Positions 52,784-62,000 of a DNA stretch of 64,000 nucleotides are shown here, piece after piece. The stretch comes from an uncultured Planctomycetaceae bacterium (lineage in GTDB: Bacteria > Planctomycetota > Planctomycetia > Planctomycetales > Planctomycetaceae). Every line of letters begins with the position of its first letter. The first letter of the stretch is position 1. Position numbers and translations under genes: made by a program. The DNA lies in the NCBI GenBank assembly GCA_963976765.1, contig CAXBME010000022.1, positions 62,001 through 126,000 of the forward strand, in the 5' to 3' direction. Under the pieces are notes generated by a model. The model did no database searches. It had not been told where the DNA came from and saw only the letters and a program-made list of their open reading frames with translations.

Positions 52784-52921
52784 CTGTCGATACTCGGGAA
52801 GAGACACAGGGTTCGGCTCCATTGCCTACGAAGGGTCATGCCGATGTGTCCATAATGACGGCCCGAATCCCGCGCGTCACCTGTGCATCGCCCAGGGTTT
52901 GACACGACACAGAACAAACGA

Positions 52922-52990
52922 CCAACGATTACACGGATAACGACAGTTGCTTTTCTGCAGCTTCCATGGATGTCTGTGTCGATCCGTGGC
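52922..52990. repeat. degenerate family-C palindrome
   Basis: acgattacacggat...gtctgtgtcgatccgtggc. Confidence 0.45.
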
Positions 52991-53078
52991 AAGCAGTATG
53001 AGTGCGGTCCTGTCGCGCTGCGAACCTTCCCGACTCTGTGTCTTTGCGTCAGACGTCCGAGCGACGAATCATCCATCC

Positions 53079-55187
53079 TTACCGAAGTACCGAAAGCAGG
53101 TTGCTCCACTCGTCGGTCCAGAGCAGTTCTTTCTCGGCCGGCTCGTTAATCTTCTCGGCTCGAGCCAGAAGGTCGTCCGGAATCGGCTGTTTCGACAGCA
53201 GCATCCAGTGGCAGAGGTTCGTTCCCTGATCTTCGTCCGGCATCGCCTGAACACAGGCCGAATGCATGCCGAGATCGCTGGCCAGGCCCTGCACGACCGG
53301 TCGCAGATCGAAGTGCAGGTTTGAAATGTGGATGCAGAGAATCCCGTCGTCGCGCAGGTTCCGCTGATAAAGCTGCGCTGCTTCCCGAGTCAGCAGGTGA
53401 GTCGGGATGGCGTCGCCGGAAAACGCGTCCAGAACCAGGACGTCGTAGTTCTGCGGCTCTTCATGTTCGAGCGACAAACGCGCGTCGCCGAGCACCATTT
53501 CCGTCGTCCCAGTTGAATCCTTCAGGAAGGTGAAGTACCGATCGGCGAGTCGGATGACTTCGGAGTTGATCTCGTAAAAACGGATGTAGTCGCGCTTCTG
53601 TCCGTATGTGGCAAGCGTTCCAACTCCCAGGCCGACAACACCGATGCGACGTTCCTGTCCGGCTTTGTGATGCTGCATGACCAGACCGACGCCCGATTTC
53701 TTTCCGTAGTAAGTCGTCGGCAGGTTGCGTTTGTCGTCGGCCAGAAACTGAGTTCCGTGCAGGATGCTGCCGTGGAACATGCCTCGTCGATGCAGCGCTG
53801 GGTCTTCTTCGTCGGTCTGGTCGCGAACCTGCAGGACTCCGTAAAAGTTTCGTGAGACTTCAATGGCAGCGGCGACTCCGTCACGAGCGTGACACTGCAG
53901 CGACCACGCGACCAGGCTCACCCACAGGCCGATCATCATCCACGCGGGACGAGGCTGGCCTTTGTAGAGGTAACTGGTCCGGTCTCGGAAAAGCACCAGC
54001 AGCGTGATCAGCAGGCAGGCCACGATGCCGATGTGCAGTTCCCAGTAGGCGGGAAACGCGTTGGGAGCAAGCAGTCCGACGAACAGTCCACCGCCCGCCC
54101 CGCCAGCTGACATCAGCAGGAAGAATTGCGTGAGATATCGAGTGCTCGGCTTCTGCTGAGCCAGTTCGCCGTGACAGACCATGCAGCAGCAGAACATCGC
54201 CGACAGATAAACAGAAACCTGCAGGACGATCGAAACTTCCGTTCCTGAAAGCAGCGTTTTCAACACGCCGAGAAAGGTTGCACCCAGCAGCGTGATATAC
54301 CACTTTCGCGAGTACCACCGGTCGGCGTCGAAGCACAGGATGAACGACATCAGGTACAGCGTCAGCGGAAGAATCCACAGGAACGGGACCGTGGCCACGT
54401 CCATGCAGACCTGATTCGTTGTCGCCAGAAGCATGACCGAAGCGACCATCGCCAGACCGAACCAGGTGGCTCGATCAGCCCATGTGGGAGCCGTTGAATT
54501 TTCGTCAGTCGCTTTTTCGACGAGCGCTTCGGCTTCCAGCAGCGCGTCGAGATTCTTCATCCGGAACAGCCGACACGCGCACGCGGCACAGAAGATGGCG
54601 AACGCTCGGAAGCCCCACGACCAGATACTGGCCTGCGCGGGCGAAGCGAGCACCGGTTCGAACACGAACGGAAACGAAATCAGAGCCAGCAGCGAGCCGA
54701 TGTTCGACAGAGCGTACAGTCGGTAAGGCGACACCCCGGGAGCCTGCAGACTGAACCATCGCTGCAGCAGCGGCCCGGTTGATGACAGAATGAAATACGG
54801 AAGCCCGACGCACATTGTCAACAGGGCGACGATCCGAAACGCCGGCGACGACGAGCCGTCTGGTTTCCAGGCATCGTCCGGAGTGATCGGCAGCAGCGCC
54901 GCCGCAATCAGCAGCAGGACAATGTGCAGACCCGCCTGCCAGCGAGGCGACAGATACTGCGTCGTCAGATGAGCGTAGACATACCCGGCAAACAGCGTGA
55001 CCTGGAAGAAGAGCATGCAGGTGCTCCACACCGCCGGACTGCCGCCGAACCAGGGCAGGATGAACTTGCTGATCAGCGGCTGCACCTGAAACAGCAGAAA
55101 CGCGCTGGTAAAAATCGTCGTCGCAAACAGCAGCACCAGCAGGCGCGAGCCGCGCGGAGCACAACTATTGGGAGAATCAGTCGTCAT
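53079..55187 (-). CDS. fused MFS-like / spermidine synthase protein
   Basis: FLLFQVQP, GGSPAVW, PYRLYALSNIGS, CHGEL; RNFYG, HGSILHG.Q, GLGVGT, EINSEVI, GDAR, VLDAFS, WTD. Confidence 0.9.
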   Translation of the reverse strand: MTTDSPNSCAPRGSRLLVLLFATTIFTSAFLLFQVQPLISKFILPWFGGSPAVWSTCMLFFQVTLFAGYVYAHLTTQYLSPRWQAGLHIVLLLIAAALLPITPDDAWKPDGSSSPAFRIVALLTMCVGLPYFILSSTGPLLQRWFSLQAPGVSPYRLYALSNIGSLLALISFPFVFEPVLASPAQASIWSWGFRAFAIFCAACACRLFRMKNLDALLEAEALVEKATDENSTAPTWADRATWFGLAMVASVMLLATTNQVCMDVATVPFLWILPLTLYLMSFILCFDADRWYSRKWYITLLGATFLGVLKTLLSGTEVSIVLQVSVYLSAMFCCCMVCHGELAQQKPSTRYLTQFFLLMSAGGAGGGLFVGLLAPNAFPAYWELHIGIVACLLITLLVLFRDRTSYLYKGQPRPAWMMIGLWVSLVAWSLQCHARDGVAAAIEVSRNFYGVLQVRDQTDEEDPALHRRGMFHGSILHGTQFLADDKRNLPTTYYGKKSGVGLVMQHHKAGQERRIGVVGLGVGTLATYGQKRDYIRFYEINSEVIRLADRYFTFLKDSTGTTEMVLGDARLSLEHEEPQNYDVLVLDAFSGDAIPTHLLTREAAQLYQRNLRDDGILCIHISNLHFDLRPVVQGLASDLGMHSACVQAMPDEDQGTNLCHWMLLSKQPIPDDLLARAEKINEPAEKELLWTDEWSNLLSVLR

Positions 55188-55551
55188 CGAAGAGTTCCAT
55201 GCACGAAGGAGTGTCAGTCCACGTCCTGAGGTGCCTGGCGAAAGCGGCTCTTTAAAGACCGCGGTTCAAACCTGGCATTCCATTCAATGCCACCCCGCGT
55301 GCCGATGCGTCAAATTCCGATTCTCCTGGCCAAAACTCCCTCCACCGCGTGCTGCTTTTAAGGACTGAAGCGGAAACACCGTTTGTCAGGCTGCTCCGGG
55401 ACAGTTCGGAAAGAGCATTGCCAACATTGGTCAGATTTTCAGAAGTTCAGCCCGAGGGTTTCTCATCTTCGTCAAAGTATTCTCACGACCAACGTACATC
55501 AGTCATGACGTACGTCAAAAGCGACGCGGGTCAGACGAATTCTGAACGCCG

Positions 55552-58326
55552 TCACACACTGACCCACGGAGCATCGAAGGTGAGGTCGTCGTCGATGTTC
55601 TCACCGAGGACCGTGTCGTCGGGATCTGCTGCCTCGCCGTTCCCGCCGCCGGAAACCATGTCGTCGCCCATGTGGCCTTTGATGAAGTCTGCGCCGGCTC
55701 CACCCAGCAGGATGTCTACCGAGCCGCCGCCCAGAAGAACATCGTCACCGTCTCCACCCAGGATGGTGTCCTGGCCGGAATTTCCATTCAGCAGATCGTT
55801 ACCGGACATGCCCGAGAGGACGTCTTCGTCAGCGCCACCGAACAGCGAGTCGTTGCCGCTGCCACCGTCCAGACTGTCGTCGCCATCGTCGCCGAACAGT
55901 TGGTCGTGACCATCTCCGCCACGGAGACTGTCGTTACCAGTGCCGCCTTCAATCAGGTCATTCCCGGCACCGCCGAACAGTGAATCCCAACCACCACCAC
56001 CGCGGAGTGTGACGTCACCACTGAAATCGGAAGCATCCAGTTTATTGTGACCATCGTTTCCAATCAGCACTGCCTCTTCGATTTGAACGATCTGATTCAC
56101 CTGCTCAAGGCTCGAAGAATGGTGTCGTAAGAGCTGAGAGTCCGCCAACGTAAAGTGTATGTTCGACGAAGGCGCATCGTTGGCGCTGCTCTCGGTCAGG
56201 CGGTCACGGTTGGCACCCCCATCGAGGTAGTCGTTGCCCAGACCGCCCGTCAGCATGTCATCGCCGCTTTGCCCACGAATTCGGTCATTTCCCTCGCCAC
56301 CAGAAAGCAAATCGTCTCCTGAACCGCCCAACAGCGTGTCGTCATTCAATCCACCATCCAGAATGTCGTTGCCGCCTCGCCCGTTCAGCACATCGTCTCC
56401 CGCGTCACCGGACAGCACATCGGCACGCATACCGCCGTGAATCACGTCGTTGCCGGTGCCACCGTTAATCGTCACTGGCATGTCGATCGACATCATCACC
56501 TGGTCATTGCCATCATCTCCGTTGACCGTAATGCTTCCAGAGAACAACTGGTCCACTGAATCCAGAGAGACGGTATCGTCTCCTGCTCCCGCGTTAATGG
56601 TCAGCGAATCAGTTGGAATGGCGAAATCAATTGACGGATTGGCCCCGTTGCGCGTCAGCCGCATGATTCCGTCTGACGCAGCCCCGCCGTTGCTGAGGGT
56701 CAGTGCTTCGTCGGAGCCGGCGAAGTAGAACTCACGATTCGCAGCGGTCAACAGGTCGGTGACCTGTTCGACGTTCGACCAGGCAATCACGGTGCCGTCA
56801 ATTTCAATGTGTCCGTCACCCGAGTCCTGCAGGTAACGATCAATCTGACTCGCGCTTCCGCCGATGATTTCCAGCTTGTCGGTACCAGGGTTCCCCATGC
56901 CGTCAAACGTCAGTCCACCTGCCGGGAGCGGGTCGCCATTGGTCAAGTCAACAATCAACCTGTCATCAAGACCGCTGCCGTGGATGAGCAGTGACGGAAC
57001 GCTGGCGGCAACATCACGAAAGATGTCAGCACCACCCTGTGTCCGGACAACAACGTCGCTGCCGTCACGAACCAGTTCGAACGTCCCGCTCGTTGCCGGA
57101 AGACTCACTTCAACGGGCACCGGCGCATCCACGTTGAACCACACCGTCGCCAGCTCAAGGGCGTGCATAACAACGACGTCGCCATCCAGGTCACCATCCA
57201 GATCAGCGACGCCTAGACTCCAAGAAAACGCCGAGCCTAGCGTTGTCACATTCTCGCGAAAGACTCCATTTCCTTGGTTCAGCCAGATCCTGCTGGGGTT
57301 GCCTTCTGCCCCTGTATCTCCTGTCAGCAGATCCAGATTACCATCGTCGTTGATATCCGCGAGGATCAAGTCATTCGTAGTACCAGCGACAAGTTCTTGA
57401 GTTGTGGGAAAGAAGCTGCCCGAACCGTCATTCAGCCACACGCGAGTGAATCCGATACTATTGGTTGAACCGACCACTGCGTCCACATCCCCGTCCCCAT
57501 CCACATCTCCCAACGCGACAGCAAGTGAAGTGCCATTGCTCAGACTCTGACCACTGTCGGTAAAGGTGCCGGTTCCGTCATTCAGCAGCACCCTGTCTGC
57601 ACCGCTGTCCTTAGCCAGAAACGCATCCAGATCACCATCTCCATCAATGTCGGCAAGAGCCACATCATTGCTGCTGGCACTACCTTCCCAAGCGGGAATC
57701 TCCTGGCTGCTGACGACAAATACACCCGCCCCGTTGTTCAACCAGACACGGTCACGGCCATTATCACTTGAATCATTCGCTACAAAGGCATCTATATCTG
57801 AATCACCGTCAAGGTCGGCCAGAGATACTGCTTTGCTGTCGGAACTTCCCAGGCGCTGTCCGCTGTCCGTGAAGTTTCCTGCTCCATCATTAAGCCAGAT
57901 CATGTTTGCGTTGGTACGTACACCGTTCACAGTGCCGGATCTGCGAGCCATGAAGGCGTCGAGATCTCCATCGCCATCCAGATCCGCCAGTTCAATGTCT
58001 AAGGCCTTTGAGCCAGAACTTCCGAGTCGTTGCCCGGTATCAACGAACGCACCGCTCCCATCGTTCAACCACACGCGGGACGGAGCCAGCGAATCGACAG
58101 TAATCGCATCAATCGTACCGTTTCCATCCAAGTCACCCAGAGCGACCCGGTCGAACTCACTGGTCTCATCACCCAGGGCATCGCCACCGTCGATGAAGAC
58201 ACCGGTGCCGGAGAGCAGAATTCGTTGCTCGCAGCACTCCACCGGGGAAGGACGATCCAATTTTTGGAGTCTCCGGCGAGCAGGTGCCGTCTTGAGCATT
58301 CGACTGAGCCAGTTTTCGAAAACCAT
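55552..58326 (-). CDS. exoprotein with FG-GAP/VCBS repeats and RTX (hemolysin-type Ca-binding) repeats
   Basis: Leader ending ECCEQRILLS; about 7 DLDGDGDLD...WLNDG.G.F repeats; many GG.G.D.L nonapeptides. Confidence 0.9.
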   Translation of the reverse strand: MVFENWLSRMLKTAPARRRLQKLDRPSPVECCEQRILLSGTGVFIDGGDALGDETSEFDRVALGDLDGNGTIDAITVDSLAPSRVWLNDGSGAFVDTGQRLGSSGSKALDIELADLDGDGDLDAFMARRSGTVNGVRTNANMIWLNDGAGNFTDSGQRLGSSDSKAVSLADLDGDSDIDAFVANDSSDNGRDRVWLNNGAGVFVVSSQEIPAWEGSASSNDVALADIDGDGDLDAFLAKDSGADRVLLNDGTGTFTDSGQSLSNGTSLAVALGDVDGDGDVDAVVGSTNSIGFTRVWLNDGSGSFFPTTQELVAGTTNDLILADINDDGNLDLLTGDTGAEGNPSRIWLNQGNGVFRENVTTLGSAFSWSLGVADLDGDLDGDVVVMHALELATVWFNVDAPVPVEVSLPATSGTFELVRDGSDVVVRTQGGADIFRDVAASVPSLLIHGSGLDDRLIVDLTNGDPLPAGGLTFDGMGNPGTDKLEIIGGSASQIDRYLQDSGDGHIEIDGTVIAWSNVEQVTDLLTAANREFYFAGSDEALTLSNGGAASDGIMRLTRNGANPSIDFAIPTDSLTINAGAGDDTVSLDSVDQLFSGSITVNGDDGNDQVMMSIDMPVTINGGTGNDVIHGGMRADVLSGDAGDDVLNGRGGNDILDGGLNDDTLLGGSGDDLLSGGEGNDRIRGQSGDDMLTGGLGNDYLDGGANRDRLTESSANDAPSSNIHFTLADSQLLRHHSSSLEQVNQIVQIEEAVLIGNDGHNKLDASDFSGDVTLRGGGGWDSLFGGAGNDLIEGGTGNDSLRGGDGHDQLFGDDGDDSLDGGSGNDSLFGGADEDVLSGMSGNDLLNGNSGQDTILGGDGDDVLLGGGSVDILLGGAGADFIKGHMGDDMVSGGGNGEAADPDDTVLGENIDDDLTFDAPWVSV

Positions 58327-59064
58327 CGCGACACCTCATCCAAATCCAAAGGACGCTTCCAGAACCCCAGGCCTGCCACTTCCTCAATCACTCTCTGTGT
58401 GAAACTGAGGCGGTTTTTCTGCCTGTAGGGGTTGTATCGGTCATGAACGGCGAACGAGTCGACACATTCTGGCCAGTCGTCTTCGATATGTTTGCTTCCA
58501 CCGTTTACCAGGCTTTGGTGTCCGGATCGGCGAGTTGCTCATCGGGAAATCGCGTTGATGGGTGGCCCAGTCACACTGGACTTGAGTGCTCGGCATGAAC
58601 GCTGCGTGTCAAAGTGGGAGTTCTGGGTCGGGAATCCGCCCTGACGGAAGGCCGGTCAGTTAAAGTTTTCCGGTTGAAACGATCGTGATGAATTCTCCGG
58701 TCGTGAAAAGCTGATCTAGGGAGGGCACGGTCCTGTCGTTGCGCGGTTTCGGTTTGTGGTGGGGTTCCTTCGGGATGCTCGACCTGAACCGGGCAGGCAG
58801 CGGGGATCGGGTGGGTGATTGATTCTGGGGTTTCGGGGCTCTTAAGGGGCCGGGACTTTAAGGATTCCTCTCTTTCGCGAAGCAGTTTGCAGAGTTTCGC
58901 AGCGGGTGGAGTCGGGAACGATCGCTCGAACCCCGGTTGAAATGGCTTCGGCGACAGACGCGAGGTCGAGGTGGCGACGGATTGCCGCTTCGGATTGCGG
59001 GCGCTGAGGACGGATCAGGCGGACGATTCTTCCGAACGACTCTCAAGAATGCAGGGATGGCACG
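58327..59064. promoter_or_regulatory. long divergent control region with a G-run tract
   Basis: 738 bp with no credible ORF between two divergent exoprotein genes; G-runs on the + strand at 58758-58854. Confidence 0.5.
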
Positions 59065-62000
59065 ATGCAGTTTCAGACGTGGCTGGAAGCCCTTCGACTC
59101 CGCGTCCGCAAGAACCCACAGCGCAGCAGTGCTGCTCGCCGAAAAGCTTCCCGGCAGCGGCCGGCTGAGGTTCTGGAAGAGCGGACACTGTTGAGTGTCA
59201 GTTCGCTGATTATCAACGGCGAATTAAGCATTCTCTCGGACGACGCCGATTCGATCGAGGTGCGGACAAATCCCGTGGACGGGGTGTCGTTGCAGGTCAT
59301 CGAAAACGGGCTTCAGTCGACAACGCTCGGAAACGTGGCGGTCGCTGATATCACGTCGATCAGTATCCGCGGCGGCAGCGGAGCTAACAGAATTGACCTC
59401 AGCGGCGTCACGGCTGCAGACTTCACCGGGCTGACCAGCGTGTCGATCACCGGCGGCGACGGCGACGACACGATCACCGGGACGGTCGACCTGAATGACA
59501 CCATCATTGCCGGCGACGGTAACGACACCGTCACGGTCGGAATTGGAGCGACCTTTGTCGACGGTGGCGACGGGCACGACACGATCACTGCCGGCGCTGG
59601 CGATGACACCATTGAAGGCGGTGACGGGCACGACCTGATCATGGCCGGAGCTGGAAATGACTCCGTACAGGCTGGCGACGGTAACGACACGGTCAGCGGC
59701 GAAGCCGGTGACGACACGATCGATGCTGGAGACGGCGACGATCTGATCAACGGGAACGCCGGGCAGGACCTGATCAACGGTGGCTTTGGCAACGACATGC
59801 TGATGGGCGATGCCGACGACGACACCGTATTCGGGGGAGCGGGTGAAGACATCATCGGCGGTGGTGACGGCAACGACAGCCTGGTCGGCAACTCGCAGAA
59901 CGACACCATCAGCGGTGAGGCCGGCGACGATTCCATCAGTGCCGGTTCGGGTGACGACGTAGTGACTGGTGGGGCCGGCAACGACTTCATGAATGGTCAG
60001 GCCGGCGATGACACGCTTGACGGTGAAGATGGAAACGACCTGGCATACGGTGGCGGCGGTGACGACCAGGTGGCCGGCGGCGAAGGCGACGACACGCTGA
60101 TCGGCAACGGTGGAGCAGACACACTGCTGGGCGATAATGGCCGCGACAGTCTGGTCGGGGGAGCAGGTTCGGACCGGCTGGAAGCAGACTCGATCCGCGT
60201 CGATCCGAACACGAACCAGCCGCGGTCACGACTGTTTGCACTCGCGATCGACGGAAACAATCAGTTCGTCGAACTGGATCCGGCAACCGGTGCCGAGCTG
60301 TTCCGTCTGACCGCTCCGGAACCGTTCAGCGGGCAGCAGGACGGACTGGCTTTTGACGGAACCGACCTCTTCTATCTGAACGGATCGGGCACCGACACGC
60401 TGTACCAGATCGACCCCGCGACTCAGACCGTTCGCGATGCCGATCCGATCACCGTTGGATCGGGTGAGTACGACGGCGTCGCGGTTGTTGGCGGATTGGT
60501 CTATATCATGGACGTCAACGCGATCGACATTCACGTATTCGATCCGGCGACGGATTCGATCGTCAACACACTGAATATCAACACGGTGAACCCCACTGTG
60601 TCGGTACTGATTGGTGGCCTGGCCGGAGCGGCGAATCCGGATCGACTCATCGCGACCGAAACCGGCGGAAACCGGATCGTTGAAATTGATCCGCTGACCG
60701 GCCTGATCACGAACAGCTTCACACCGGGAACGGTTGGAGCCGGACAGTACTTCGGTGCGGCCGTAGTCAATGGCGAGATCTACCTGGGCTCGGGCCTGCA
60801 GAGCAGCTACGACGTGTTCTCGCGACAGGGCATCTTTCTGAGGAGCGTCTCGCTGCCGTACAACGTTTCCGGACTGGGCGGCGACGATGTCGGGACGACG
60901 CCGATCATTCCGGGACAGACTCCGCAGAACACGTTCAACATTGATGTCCGCTTCACCGGAAACTTCAGTGCCAGTCAGCAGGCAGCGTTTAACGCCGCTG
61001 CTGCTCGATGGGAACAGATTATCGTTGGCGATGTACCGGACGTGTTTGTGCCTGGTATCGGTCAGGTTGACGACATCGTGATTGAAGCCCGATCGATATC
61101 GATTGACGGGCCCAACGGTGTCCTTGGACAGACCGCCGTAGTTGCTCAACGAGTGGTTTCGAACCTGCCGTCAGCATCGTTCATCGAACTCGACACATCT
61201 GACCTCGCCCTTCTGGAAAGCTCTGGCCAGCTCAGCAACACCATTCTGCACGAGATGGGCCATGCGCTTGGGTTTGGCATTATCTGGTCCGAGCTGGGTC
61301 TCATCAGTGGAGCGAACGGCCCCGATCCTCAGTTCCTCGGTCCGCTGTCGATTGCCGAATACAATCTGCGGTTCGGAACGAACGCCACCGGAGTGCCCGT
61401 CGAAAATATGGGGGGAGCCGGTACGGCAGATTCTCACTGGCGTGAGTCCGTGCTCTCGAACGAACTGATGACCGGCTTCCTGGACGCGGGCGTCGCGAAT
61501 CCGATCACTCGTCTGACTGTCGCTCAGTTTGCCGACCTCGGCTACCAGGTCGACTTCGCAGCGGCTGATTCCTTGAATCTGACGTCGACATTCACGTCGG
61601 CGAACCTTGTGCAGGACCGACAGCGAATCAACGGGCGCCTGACCGGGCAATTCATTCCACTGGGTTCGGCGGGTGCCAATATCAGCGTCGAAGAATCGTT
61701 CACCGGTTCGAGCTACGGAGTGATTCCGACAGTTCAGGGCAAGACGCGGGTTCTGGATTACTCACCGATGATGGTTGTGCCCGGTCTGGACGCGACCAAA
61801 GCGCAAACGATGACAGCGACGGAAGCTGCTGCACTGTTGTCGTCAGGCCAGTTGCCGAAAGCCGGCTCCGGGCTGGTCAGTCTGGTGGTGCCGGAAATCG
61901 AGCCCAATGATGGGCTGACGAGTGCCATTAACATTGACAATCTCGGCTTCTCGCTCGACTTCGATCCGAACATCACCGACACGCTGGGCATCAACACGTC

